A stretch of 64,000 bases of DNA from the human T2T-CHM13v2.0 reference genome, Homo sapiens. The translations under genes were made by a program, and so were the position numbers. The notes under the pieces were generated by a model that was given only the letters and a program-made list of their open reading frames with translations, searched no databases and had not been told where the DNA came from. Of this stretch, positions 44,208-61,163 are shown one piece after another. Location: assembly GCF_009914755.1 (NCBI RefSeq), contig NC_060932.1; one strand, written 5' to 3'. Each line of letters starts with the position of its first letter. Positions within the stretch are counted from its first letter, which is position 1.

Positions 44208-47108
44208 GCCATAAAAACAAAAATACAGAATCATATAAAGCCATGCATTAAGTTATGCAATTATCTTATCTCTTTCTTGCTCATGCTTGGCACTTAGAAG
44301 GCTCTCAGTTATTAGTTGATAAACTGCCCATTACTCCTTCTCTCTCTTTGCATCCTCCTTTCTTAGTGTATGTATGTGTGTGTGTGTGCACATCTGTTTA
44401 CACATATGTAGAGGGAGAGCCATGACCAACCCGTTCATTGGCTGTGTTTGTCGTTCATCAAAGAAAGCGAGATGAAATCATGATGAACCAGAGATTTACC
44501 TTCACCTCTGACTTGAGCAGCACTAACGTTGAAAACTAAAAGTTCTGACAGCATTGTCAGTGATTCCCAAACAGTTTCTCCTTGAAATGGGGCATTTTCA
44601 AAGCTCCTGACAAGGAGTGTTGGACAAGATTGAAGCTGTTCACTGGGAATAAGTTTGATGTAAAATAACTGTGGAGAAGTAAAACATATGCTCTGTTATT
44701 TGCAGGAAATAAATGCAAAATATGCCCTAGGGAGCTAAAGTATAAAGAAAGCAAGGCACTGAAATTAGATTGCTCTAATGCCATCCATCCTAAATTATTG
44801 TATGGTGCCTAGCAATGATTTCTCCAAAAGGTTAGGGTGGTCTCCACACTCTAGAAATTATTTATTATTCCAAATATAAAACAGGAAGCTCAGACTGGTG
44901 CTTCTGTGGTCATATCAAATAAAAGGCTGTCAGGGTAGCAGGTGGAGTATGGGGTATTATATTTTTCTTTAATCAGAGGTAACTGGCCAATGACATATTG
45001 AAGTGAATTCTACTTTAGAGGATCACAGGCATAAAGCTGTCCCACAGTATCTCTCATTCTTCACTATCTGTAACTTGCCACTCCCCATGTGCCTTTGTGT
45101 ATGACTATTTCAGACTCCACGTAGTATTTGCATGTTTGGGCAGGAGGAGTGGGGGAAGTATGTTTGAAAGATAACACCATTTCTGATTGAAGAGAGAAAA
45201 ATCATTTAAAGCTCCAGTGATCCCATAGATTCAGGTTGAATTCAGGAGTATTCTGAATAATGTTTCAATCTAAACACAGATAATTAAGCCAACTTGAAAG
45301 GAATAAGGTGTGATCTGCGCAGACAGCTCTTTCTCAATTGTCCTCACACATCTTTCTTCTGTTTTGCTATGAGAGTTGGCCATCAGGCTATGATGATCTA
45401 CAGAAGCTAACATGTCTCGGACCCTGTCTTTTTTACTAAGAATTTTGAATCCTATTTCGTTTATATCTTCATGATGTGTTTATTGGCTTCCTGCTACACG
45501 AGTGGCATTGTGATAAGTGTAATTGATTTAATATTATTATTGTTGCTTGATGATAGTTTCCTGTACTTCTAAGTCTGAAAAATACAGACTGCATGTCTCT
45601 GTCATCGTAATGACCTAGACAGCCTGAAAGAGCGGCAGCAGAGAGGAAGTTTTAGGTCAAACTAAGAGAAGACAGAATGTCGAGGGCATGTATTTAGGTT
45701 GACTTCCGAGCACACTGGATGTCCTGTGTCTTGCAACTTGTGTTTAGCAGCAGGGAGGTTTATAATGGAGGCCCCTTCATTTGGCAACTACATTTAAGGA
45801 AGAATAGACAAGGGAGGGAAGAGTTGGACTGGAGGTCTCTAAGTGTGGCAATTATAGTTCTACTATTGACATTAAGGTTCAGAATATAAATGGACCTCCA
45901 TAAGGCCAAGCTGTAACCAAGATTTAAACGTGCCTTATTCTTAGTGCTGGTGAAAGATACTGATAACTAGCATATTACTGAATAATGCTTACAAATGTGA
46001 ATCATAAATGACTTGTTTTGCAATAAGGTTTACGTTTTTTGGTTTTGTTGCTGCTAACAGGCACATAGAAGGAGATCAGGAAAGACTGCCATCTCTAGAT
46101 TTAAATTATCATCAGCAACCTGAAACTCTTCTGAGCGATTTACATTAGCTCTAATGAAAGGAAAAGAAGTTGAGAGCTGCCTTACTCAAAGAATAGGAGG
46201 TTGCCTTGAGATTTTATTTTGTAAGGATCTTACTGTTTCTCTATTTCATTTCTTTTTATAAACAAGAAGCTACATTAAAGAGAATCCCTGCCCTCCTTAG
46301 ACTCTTCTTTCTTGGCCAAGGTGCAGTATTTTCTTCACAGCGTTTTAGAGGAAGGAGAGGACATTTAAGATGCAGTGAGATGTGGCTTCCTGTGCCTTCC
46401 CTTCCTGCATTGTATGATTTTATGGAAGTAAGGCTGCTAGTTTTTCCAATCTGACATTGACATGACTCTAGTTAAGTAACCTTTCGCCTTAACCCTTTCT
46501 AGGTTCTGTTTGCTAGAAAGGGTCATGGTTGTGCAATAATCTATAAGGCTCCTAAGTACATCAGATGCTTTCACTTTCTTGACAAAATGCGACACCCCAC
46601 TGAGTACCACCTTCAACTTGCTTCCAGATGCACTACTGGTAAGACAGCTTCATCCTGGGTTCTAGCACAGTATTAGATCACTCACTCACCCATCATTTCA
46701 TGTAGGTTTTCAGGAAATAAACAGATAGTGATGAGATATACATTTTTTTAAATTTTGGAGCAGATTAAGTGATGTATGGATAAACTCTTGCATTCTCAGA
46801 TATGTTTAATACTGCCTGGTCTTAGAACACTCAATCTTTTAAAAGAATTAATGCTGGGATGACTTAAAATAAAAAAAAAAAAACTAATTTGAGTACTCAG
46901 TTGAATAATATGCCCTTCCTTATGTCACTGTTATAAAACAATGTTTTTCCTGTTATAATCTTGAACCTTAAACTTTCCAAGGATTGAGATTTCATAAATT
47001 GCCATGAGAAAGTAGCTTGTTTTCCAGGTATCTGTAAGGTGCTCGAGTGACAAACTTCATGATAATTGGAAAAATCTATGAATAACCTGTTGGCTTTTTC
47101 TGTTTTAG

Positions 47109-47193
47109 GGGTGAGCTTACTCATACCACACGGTGCCATCCCAGAGGAGAATTCTTGGGAGATTTATATGTCCATCAACCAAGGTGAACCCAG
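47109..47193 (+). CDS. UNC5D: UNC5D ZU5-domain exon (85 nt, phase 1-2)
   Basis: ttttctgttttag|GG acceptor; donor CAG|gtgaga. Translates (G)[27 protein letters not shown], containing the ZU5 motif GVSLLIPxGAI. Absent from the ORF track. Confidence 0.96.
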
Positions 47194-47224
47194 GTGAGAG
47201 ACAGAGAATAGCATATTAAAGAAA

Positions 47225-47495
47225 GTGGCTCACGCCTGTAATCCCAGTACTTTGGGAGGCTGAGGCAGGCAGATCACTTGAGGTCAGGAGTTCGAGACCA
47301 GCCTGGCCAACATGGCGAAAGCCTGTCTCTACTAAAAATACAAAAAAATTAGCCAGGCATGGTGATGCATGCCTGTAATCCCAGCTACTCAGGAGGCTGA
47401 GGCTGGAGAATCGCTTGAACCTGGAAGGCAGAGGATGCAGTGAGCCAAGATCGTGCCACTGCACTTCAGTCTGGGCAACAGTGAGACTCTGTCTC

Positions 47496-47526
<31 letters not shown>
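47225..47526 (+). mobile_element. Alu (AluSx/Sz-like), ~30 nt downstream of the ZU5 exon donor
   Basis: gtggctcacgcctgtaatccc... with an A-tail of ~30 nt. Confidence 0.95.
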
Positions 47527-47531
<5 letters not shown>

Positions 47532-50489
47532 TTTTAAATATGGACTGGAACTTCTGTAGAAAATCTGAAACTATTAAGAGAATGAGACTTAGAGGTGTAT
47601 AGATAGATGAGATCATGAACTCCTTGACTCTAGAAAGGAAAAAAACAATTGCAAAACTACTGGCTGAAATGAAACCATACATGACTCCACAGTTTTATGG
47701 TCACCAGTCTCTACACAAGAGACACCAAATGGAAAACAGTGAATCGTTAGGTCAGAAGCAGTGCCACTCCATAAACGCTGACTGTCTCAGAGTCTTCCTC
47801 TCCAAAGAAAATATCCCCGGAGGCACTCACTGGTGCTAAGCCTTAGGCAAATACATACGATGATTGATTCGTGATCCTTTTACGGTAGGCAGAAGACCTA
47901 CTCTATACTGCCCGAGAGACAATTTCTTAGGCAATTTTAGGCAATGTGAAAATATGACCTGAAACATCAACTGCTTTCAGGCCTGACAAATTTCAGCAGC
48001 ATTAAATTCAATTACAGGAACAAATACAAATCTTGTCACATTCCCTTTTAATGAAAATAGTTGGTTATTTTCTTAGTGCAAGTATAATATTTTTGGAAAT
48101 GTTGTCTTCCTCCACACAAGATAAACCTGACTCCTCTTCAGAAAGCAATTTCTCTCATAAACTGGATATATACCTCTAGCATTTTTAGTTATAACATCTT
48201 GCTTATTTTAGAATAGATTATTTTTGTTGTTGTTAGCAAAGAACACATGAAAGAAAAACACTGGGAGGAAAAACAGCCAGAGAAACAGATGGTTTAAACA
48301 GATTTTGATAGCTATTTCTATAAAAGGATTTGTTGGTACTCAATGGTTTTAACTTTCTGCTGTACAGGGCTCGAGAGGCATGGAAGAAAAGGTTCTGCCA
48401 TTTGGTTGTGAGGCTGGCTCTTAGGGGATTTGTGTGCAGGTTGTGCTATGTTGGGATCTCATGTTATTTCCCCAGTTGTTTAAAGCTAGATTCTTTACTT
48501 GTATATCTGAAAAAGTGCTGGTGTCTAAATATCTCCACTTGGCAACTGGGGGGAAAAAGAGGCTCAGAAGGTTTGAAGAGTTTACTCAAAATCTTAGGTT
48601 AGTCACTTAAGCAGACCTAAAAATGGAGTTCCCTGGATGGAAGTCACCCCTTTTTTACCCATTAGGTTGATTTACTTAAGAAACCATACCTATCTGAATT
48701 TGTGGTTATGGCCCATTATACATATGCTTTAAAACATATCATGCTGCAAAAATCAAGTATGAGGTATAATCCAGTCCACTTTCCCTGAATCACAGCTTCC
48801 TACACACTCCTAGCTCTGCATCCCCCTCCCTTGGTTGTAATTGATCCAGTAAGCCTGTGTTGAGCTCATTCCTCTCAAATCCATCCCCAGCTCATCACAT
48901 GAGAACCAACTTAGGGCAATTTCGCATTTTCCAAGGCACCTCATTTACAACTTACCTGCAATTTTAAAGTAAGAGAGAGGAACACCTAGAACTCACAAGA
49001 GCCCAAAGACCTCAAAAAACAGCTTGGCCTCCTGTGGTCACCCCTTGAATGCTTTGTAAGCTCTATGGTAACCAATTTGGTTTATCCTTCTGTGTCTACT
49101 GCTGTCTAGGAAGGTGGACAGAAACAGAAGAACCTTCTCTAACACTTTAGATCTGTGAGGTATGAATTTTTCTCTCTACTAAACTGTGAAAAAAAAAAAT
49201 TACAGGAAGCCGCACATTCCTTTTCAGGTAGCTGAAACCTTCCCAGATGTTATCTCTAAGGAAATGACCTGTCACTGGGCTAAAGGCCATTTACCTTCCT
49301 TGACAAGCCTCACTCCCTTTTGATAGCTCACGACTACTTAGAAAAACACTGAAAATAGCAAATACCTTTCTACTACTTCATTTTAAGCTGGGGTGAATTG
49401 TTTCATCTCTGCAAGGAGGCTCCTTGGGTCTGGTTCTTCAGCTTTTAATCTTGTGATCAGGAAAAGGCCAGTGTGTCACCTTTTCTTTGTAATATCACTT
49501 GAAAACCCATTTTCACTTTGGGCTGTACGTCTGCCATCCTGAACTTGTGCTGAGAAGAAGGCCCGTTTTCCTCGAAGTTCATGGAGCTGGAATGCACTGT
49601 TCAGTTCCTGTCATCTTTACCTCTAGAGCCACCACGGTTCCCTCTGTCTTAGTTCATCATGAGAACTGGATTTATGGACTCTCCATCACCTCCACACACA
49701 CAGAGCACAGTAGGATCTTCCAAACCACATCTTTATGCTGTCTTGAAATTAAAGTCTGCTCCATTTCTCCTATTGACTATACATTTATGTTGCCCATGTC
49801 TGAGTTACAGCCCCAATATATCAGGGTAGTGATGTAATGGAAGTGGAACTGGTATGTTAAATCAGGGCCTTTAATCCATTCTAAGGATTGGGTTAAAGAG
49901 GGGTACAGGGGTGAGGATGGCTTCCTGGAGATGTCACTGAACTGAGTCTTAAAAGATGAATAGGAATTAGCCAGACAAAGAAAGGAGTAAGGTCTATAGC
50001 TCAATGATTTGCATCCTCCACAATGCATTTTCCTGTAGTTTTCTATAGAGGTTTGAGGGGTAGAGGGGTCTAAACCCAGTGATTTTTTTTTTTCCTCCTT
50101 TAAAGTCACCCTGATGCCAGAACATTGCATTCAACAGTGTCCTTCCAACTGTAGCCCAGGCCTTGCCACAGGCAAAGAGTTGGTTTAATGCATTATCCCA
50201 TTTATAACATAGAAGATATTTAGTGATGCTGTAAGAACAGGTACTGGAGTGGCCTGACACAAAGGCCATGGCATGAAATTGGAGCTGTCAGAATTAGTCT
50301 GCTGGTGAGATCTCAGCCCTGGGGCTCCTCCTGGATCAAGGGTATGTAAGCCATCCATGCTAGATGTGGCCTCCTCCCCTCCACAGTGCTTTACTCCCTC
50401 TGCAGGGGAGGAAACCAGCAGTAATCACTGTCAAAAAAAAAAAAAAAAAAAAAAAAAAAGCCTGTCTCATTTCCCAAACTTTAATTTGA

Positions 50490-51176
<687 letters not shown>

Positions 51177-52220
51177 TTTAGATCATTTTAATAAAATTAA
51201 AGTATTCAAACAGGATTAAAAAATCAACAATGTCATTTCAGAGATTCTTTTCACTGACATTACAATAAGAGAATGATACAGATGTAGCAGGAAGTTCCCA
51301 CTACTCCTCTCCTCTCCCAGCTCTCCTTTTGCACCCCGCCCCCGACCCCATGGTTGGAGAGGAGAGAACTGGACCAGAAAATTATTATATGGGGCTTTCT
51401 TCTGAAAAGCAATAAAATGAAACCAAAGACAAACATTCATTTCTTTTTCCAATTACACTGTCATGTGGATACTCCTGACCAAATGCTTAGACTAAAATTG
51501 GAAATGTTGTAAGTCATCTTATTGAAGAATTTACAAAAGAACACATATTTTTAAATTTGGGCTCAGCCCAGATGGGACATTTCAACCACTTCTGTTAGAT
51601 GGTATGGTCTGCCCAGTAAGTACATTTTGGGGTAAGGATTGAGAAGGTAGAGGTGGTGGTAATAGAAAACATTATCTTTTTTAGGGTGCTTAGATGGTAC
51701 CATGGCTTTAATAGCAAGGCATGAAATAAGAGCAAATACAAGGCTAGAAAGGCAAAAAGAATCTAGCTCTGGAAAATAGAGAAGAAAGGATAGAATTTCA
51801 TTCCCAGTAATGGGGCTCACAAACACTGCAGTATAAGCCATTACTGTGGAGATTACTGTGGTTTTTCTTCCCCAGTAGCAAAAACCATACACACAAAAAC
51901 AAAATCATACACACGCCTCCTCATATATCATGCAGACCTAAGCACTCAGAAATGTCCTTGGACTATTTGAGAGGACCTCATCTCCAAAAGAGTAAAAAGA
52001 AAGCAGGTATATATCTTTTATCAATGAGATTAAAAGATGGGCCAGCTGGTCATTCTCTTAATAAGAATGGAGTTTTTATGATATGAATCTGTTTGTAGTG
52101 AACTATTCTTTATGTTATAGTAGACATTTGTGGCTATTCTAAACTGCTCATCTCAGTAAAATATGAAACTGTATATGCTTTTCCTGGCACCTTTGAGGGC
52201 CTTGATTTTTCAGAAGGTAA

Positions 52221-52487
52221 CACACCCCCTCCTTCTGCCAAGCCCAGGAGTTTGAGACCAGCCTGGGCAACAATTGAGACCTTGTCTGTATAGAAAATAA
52301 AAATAAAATAAAACAAAATTAATAGGGCATGGGGGTAAATGCCTGTAGTCACAGCTACTCAGGAGGCTGGGGTGGGAGGATGGCTTGAGCATGGGAGGTC
52401 GAGGCTGCTGTAAGCCAAGATTGCACCACTTCACTCCAGCCTGGGCTATACAGCGAGACCCTGTCTCAAACAACAATAAAAGAAAAA
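52221..52487 (+). mobile_element. Alu (AluJ-like), 5'-truncated
   Basis: agcccaggagtttgagaccagcctgggcaac...gaggtcgaggctgc. Confidence 0.9.
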
Positions 52488-53346
52488 GGAGTCTTAAAAA
52501 CCAAATTACACTCTTTTAATAACTAGATGTTACTGAACAGTTATATAAGAAAAATGAAATGTCTTCAAGGGACCCTGCTACTATGGATGGTTTCAACAAG
52601 CATAATTGTTAACAATTACTAGGAAAACCAAAACCATAGTTGATATATTTCATACCATAATAGGTTAAGCCCCATAAGCAAATCCAGTTCTTTAAATGAA
52701 TGATCATATTGCAGTGTGGTATATACGGTGACCACAGTGAAAGGATGAACCCCGTTTAAAGGCTCAGGGAAAGTTTCAGAGAAATAACAGTTGTCTTATA
52801 AACTAAAAGAGTAAAAGGGGTTTCTCTCCAAGGGAGTGGTGTGTTCAAAGGCACAGAGGTATAAATAGCATCACATATTTTGGAAGCTAAGCAAAGCAGA
52901 GCGAAATATGAAAGGAAGAGTGACAGGGAATGAGGCTGAAGAAATAAGGACTAGATCGTGTAGCGATGTTTGCCACCCAGAGAATATCCAGTTTATCTGG
53001 TGGGTAGGGGTGAGTGAGGCTTAAGTTTTGGGAGACCTAGTCATGCTTATATTTTAGATAGATTCTGTTTCATCTCCACCAATATTGCCCAAGTTCAAAT
53101 CTTCACTAGATAAGCACCCTCCTTGAGAGCACAGTGAAACTATGTTTTATTTTCCTTGGCACAATTATTAATAGTGTTTCTTTTCCTCCTCAAAAGCATC
53201 TCAATTTGGGCAATAATTTATAGTTACTCTACTTTTGAGTGCCCTCGTCTCTAGATTTTAATGTTTCTAAATCCATTCTCTAATCCCCACATTGCTGTCA
53301 GCGGGGAGTTTTGAGATAGACTTGGGGAGAAACTTGGCAAGATCTG

Positions 53347-53349
<3 letters not shown>

Positions 53350-53398
<49 letters not shown>
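53350..53398. repeat. (TG)24 perfect microsatellite
   Basis: Uninterrupted TG run. Confidence 0.97.
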
Positions 53399-53400
<2 letters not shown>

Positions 53401-53869
53401 ATGTGTGATGAAGGAATTGAAGATAATTCCCAGAATTCTGGCTCAGAAACTGATGATTAATTAGGAGAGAGAGATTTGCTGACTGAAGGTCACTTGAGAG
53501 TTTGTGATAATAGTTGCTCTGGGAGCAACTTTGGATTTCTTTCCAGGGAATAAACATAGCTCTTTGACTTACAAGAAAAAGGGTAGGAAAAAAAAAATGA
53601 CTGAAGAATTAATAAAGAAGGAAAAAAGAATATTTATAACCAGAACAAAAAATGACTGTTGAATTGAAATCTCACATCAGCTTTTGCCACAGCATGTGAC
53701 CGTAATCTCATTTAACTAGTAAGATGTCATGATATTTGGTGTAATTATGCCTACCTGCTTCATTCAAGGCAAAATCTTCTGCCTTCCTTTGTTTTCTTTG
53801 CCTTCTGAAGTAAGAATATGCTGGTCCTGGAACTCATTGAAGTGAACTGATATCATAAATAATTAGTCA

Positions 53870-54271
<402 letters not shown>

Positions 54272-56243
54272 TCAGAAGTCTTGGGTTCCAAGCCCTTCTC
54301 AGTAACAGCCTGTGTGTGTAAACTTGAGCAAATCATTCTCTTTCTCTAGGCCTCAGTTTTATCATCTACCAGTTTTATATATTAGTAACTTTGCTTTCAG
54401 ATTTTGGTGAGGATGATAAAATGACTTGATAGCTGAGAAGTCTGGTGCAAACTGTGAAGTACTGTTTAAATGCTACATTTGGAAATCATCTTTTTATACC
54501 TGGTCTTACTTTTTTAATTACATAGATGACAGAAATTCTCTGAAGTACATGGAATTTGCTTTAGCTCTGTCCCAGTGATGTAGAGTTCATCTCTTTTTGT
54601 TGCTAACACAGTCCTAGACTCAGAGGAAAGATTAATTCAATTATAGCAAACATATTAATAGTTGGCTTTAAAACCAAGAGCCTCATGAAGATACAGATAA
54701 CTCCCTGCATCAATTCCTTTGAGTCTATCTCTGTTTCTCATAACACTCTGGCATGTGATTTATACTTTAAAGGTACATCATATTAGTCTAAACAGTAGAC
54801 TGTATGTGGGCTGGTGCCAAGATTAGGAAATCAGTGACCAGTCAAGCAGGGCAGGTCAGTCAAGCTTATGCCACCTTAAACAACTTTTCTCCCTGTCCAT
54901 TTTGTCAGGCTTTTCTTGCTAGCAATGGATGAAAATGCGTGAATCGTCCATGTCATCATTTGTGTTCAATGGTCAATCATGGATTAGAATCTGATTTGTT
55001 GCTGTGAGACTTAGAAATCTGTCTTTTGTCTTAGAAGAATCCAATTGATGGTATATACCTATTTCTTCCAAGATTTTTGGCATTAATTAACTCTATACCA
55101 GGCATAGAGAGAATCACTGAGGAAAGATGCCTCCCAGGTAACAAAGGGGGCTTTTTCTGTTAATGCAAGGGGGAGTAAATTGCTGCCATTTAGGAAATAC
55201 ATTAATTCTTTCAGGCTACCAGTGCCATGCAGTGTAACAAAAAGGGCAATTTATCAAATAGTATCTTAATGGCCTAGAAGGGTTAATGCACCTTTAGCTG
55301 AAGATTGTACTCTATTCCCCAGTGAAATCATGATGATTTCTTCACAGAGTCATTTAGGTTAGAATATAATGCCATTAACCCACCGCCGGCCCCCACCTCC
55401 CAAAATAAGTGAGCAGAGGAAGAGATAGAAAAGGGGGAGAGGAACAAATTTTTTAAAAATCACATTGTCATTTTAAGACCTGCTCTTTTTGGAAAGAAGC
55501 ATTTCTCCTTGCTGTTCCTCTCCACCTCAAACCCCCTCAGTCCACAAGTAAACACAAGTAAATAAAAATTGCTATCATCTTAATGATTGAGTGCATTTGA
55601 AGACCATGGACACTCACAATGTGAAATGATTAGAGTGGCCCAGAGGAGTCTTTAATTAAAGATGCCATTGACAAGATAACAATGGTTTGTGAATGTTATT
55701 AATAGATATGAATGGAAGGTGTACCTTAATTCAATAAGGGGAAAGTCACTGGTCCATGAGTTTGATTGCATATTGTAAAGGAGCACCACATACTGTAATT
55801 ATTTTTATTTGTATGTGCCATCTCTTTTATTGCCCATGCTGGAAGTAGAAATAACCTGTCCTATTAAGATATTTAATATATATCATCCTTTCCACTTCAT
55901 TTTGTTATAGCCTAATAAAAATACCCAAAGACACCAGCCCACACAGAGACAGCTCCCACGTTTTCTAAGACAATCCACATAGCCCTTTGAAAACCTGGAC
56001 AATCAACCTTCTATTCCCCACAGTTATAATCTTTCTTTAAATTAAACCATAACAACCTCCAGGACTCCATAAAGTTATATACAAATATGGAGCTTCGCTC
56101 TGCAAATTACGGTGGGTGTTCTGGAAACTGAAACAATGAAGATAGCCCTAAAGTGAACAGATACCTTGGTTGGATTGCGTGGTGTCTGAGAGACAATAGT
56201 GGATCAGGAGACAGCCCCAGGGGGATCTCAAGGCATGAAAAGA

Positions 56244-56660
56244 CTGGCAGAAGGCAGAAAGCTGGCTCCCTAGAGATGTCACGTCCTAGTTCCTAGAACC
56301 TGTGAATTGACAACCGTACAAAGGGGAATTTGCAGATTAATTAAGATCAAAGGAGAAGGAGAGATTATCCTGGACTCTCCAAGTTTATCTAATGTACGGG
56401 TCCTTAGGAGAAGAAGGTAGGAATATCAGAGGGAGAGACAGATTTGAAGGTATCATGCTGCTGGCTTGAAGAAGGGGCCTTGAGCCAAGGAATGCAGGCA
56501 GCCTCTAGAAACTGGATTCTCCTAGAACCTTCAGAAGGAGCACAAGCCTCCTGACAGCCTTCATATTAGCTCAGTGAGGCTTCTGACCTAGAGAACTGTG
56601 GGATAATTTGTGATTTAAGCCAGTAAGTCTGTGCTGTGACAGTAATGGGAAGCTAATACA
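56244..56660 (+). mobile_element. Solo LTR, MLT1 (MaLR) family
   Basis: agatgtcacgtcctagttcctagaacctgtgaat...tttgcagat...gagccaaggaatgcaggcagcctctagaa...taagccagtaagt...gctaataca. Confidence 0.85.
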
Positions 56661-57889
56661 AGCCTCTATTTTGACCCCTCTGTGTACCTCAGGGCCCTGC
56701 TTTCCTTGGGCTTTGTTTAGTGTCTATGAGTGCAGTCTTAATTCCCATGCCGACATTTTAATTTAAACTCCAGGTTTGGAGAATATATCCCAGGGAACAT
56801 ATTCCTTCTTCCTTCTACTGCCTACCTATCCCAACCATGAATAACAGAGTAGTAGACTGTGGTTCCAGCTCTGCAAAGTTGAGATGTGACTTTGGTTGGG
56901 TTACCGACCCCATGCCATGCATCTGAACAAAGAAGATGTTGGCCTCAAAACTCCTGAGCCCCTCCCCAGCCTAAAATAAAAGGATTCTGTGAAATAGGTT
57001 TCAGATTACCTCCAGAGAAGGCTGTTTTCTCTATCCAGAATATAAGTGCATAAGCGTGGTGGATATAAAAAAATGCCCCAGCAGCATGATACATAGTCCC
57101 ACTCTTCTCCCATCCTCCTCACTCTCATTCATTTTTAAGGCACTTTCAATGAGCCATCATCTCACTATCTCACTTCTTCTAAAAAGGCAAGCTAAATGCA
57201 AGCCTGACACTGCATGAAAGATGAGGCTTAAATTGTGTCTAGGAACTGGTGATTTACACATGATTTGTGATTCCTTTAGTATATTAATTGGTAAACACCC
57301 TATGAATGTGTGTGTAAACTAAAGCCGTTTAACATATGCAAACAGGGTAATCTCTCTGTGTGGTGTTGCTCAAATTTCAGCAAATTCAGATACTCATTCC
57401 AGTGTGTATATAATTCCCCTCCCGCCCCAACCCCGTATGCCATCTCTTTCTGTGATCCTATTTCAGATAATAGCGTGTGGGTGACCCAGATCTTTAAGCC
57501 CTTTAATAGTACATCCATATGCTTCTATCCTCAGTGAATGGAGCTTGTTGCTTGTAATAATCCACTGTTCTAACTGCTCCTTTTCCTGCCCCTATGAATG
57601 GACTATAATGGCATGATGAGTTATAACATTATTTCCAGTTACTGCTAATCAGCCCCCCAACCTGAAATCCTTGCCTATTAATACACATGTTACTCAGAGA
57701 AACAGGATGTAGGAACAGTCCCCGTGTAGTTGGATTTTCCATCATAGTAGCATCAGCCAGGGCCTTAATATTGAGCATTTAAACTTGACCATCAACTATA
57801 TTCCACTTCAGAATGGACTGTCCTATATTTGATGGAGCACCAAGGCCCCAGTGCATGAGATGTTGCTTTGGATTTTTTTTTAAGAACTA

Positions 57890-58062
57890 CACAACTTTTC
57901 TCAAATGTTAGTGCCAGCACCACCTTGCATGTAGAAAATGCAGGTTCCTGGGCCCTATCCCAGAAATACCAAGTCAAAATCTTCATTGGTGGCATCCAGG
58001 AGTATAATTTTAAACAAGCTTCCTAAGAAATTTTGAAAAACATCACAGTTTTAGAACCACTT
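57890..58062. mobile_element. MER5A-like MITE
   Basis: ttctcaaa...tagaaaatgcaggttcctgggccc...ttttaaacaagcttcc...tttagaaccact. Confidence 0.7.
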
Positions 58063-59050
58063 GAAGATGAAAACAGGAGTCTGCTATAATAAAGAGAAGA
58101 TGTTGCTCAATGTCACTTTTGTCCTCCATTCTGCTCACTTCCTGTTCTCCCTCTCCAGGAGTCTGTTTTCTTAAATCACACATAGCGATTACCAGAAGTA
58201 GAAGACATAGCCACAGTGTTGGGGTTGGCTGATGGGAAAAGCTGGCTTTAAAGGGTCCATCTGTCTAGGAGATTCGATGATGTCATGTCCCTGGGACTGA
58301 TCTGAAATCTCTGGTCAGAGCAATTGAGTAGGAGAGAGATCTGACTCCAAGAAAAAAAAAAAAGAGAGAGAGACAAATAATAAACCTTAAAACCTTAATT
58401 TTTATCCACAGCAATTTTAGTACCCCAGGTCAAAATCTGAGGATCTTAATGAAAAATGAATAATAATAGTTAAAACTATATGTCTTGTGCATGGAAAACT
58501 TGAGTACAGCTTCCATCTATCAGCCTTGATGTCTTTTCCATTCAAATATGACTTAATTATGTATCGACCCAGGGTCTGACATAGTAAAACTATCATTACT
58601 CTCCTGCCTGGATTCCTGAGTGATACCCTGGGTAAAGGTGATCAAACCTACATTAATCTAGAATATAGACCACAAGGAGGAAAGGAGGGAATGGTAATTA
58701 CCAAGCACAGCATGGAAGACAACAGCTACAGTAAAAACCTCATATTGGAACTTGGAACTGGTCACTTTCCTTAAAGAAAGCGAAGTGTTACAAGCCTAGC
58801 AGCAGGTCAAGGAGTATTGAGCACAGAGGTAAAATGTCCAGGATACACCTCCCATCCTGCCATGGTTATTAGCAGTTGGTGCCTCGTAGCTGACCTTCAA
58901 CATGACCTCTGGTTGGCACTTGTGTGCAGATGGGTGCTGTAGGATGTTAGGTACTACGTGGTAAGGTCTGGACCATCACCCTGTCACCAACTGCAGCACC
59001 TTCATCATCCTCCACTGTGTGTTTCATACATTAATCAGTGGCCCCACTGA

Positions 59051-60790
<1,740 letters not shown>

Positions 60791-60869
60791 AGTGCTTACA
60801 GCGGGCATGTATGAAGCACTGGGGATGCAATGATGACCTAAGCAGGAAAAAAAAATAATCCCTGAGCTA

Positions 60870-61163
<294 letters not shown>

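Noticed and set aside
47109-47116. GG|GTGAGC donor-like motif 2 nt into the ZU5 exon
   Set aside because: Dictated by the Gly-Val-Ser codons, and the exon's true donor CAG|gtgaga is strong.
58891-58908. TGACCT-n6-TGACCT nuclear-receptor direct repeat
   Set aside because: Non-standard spacing and no supporting context visible in the sequence.
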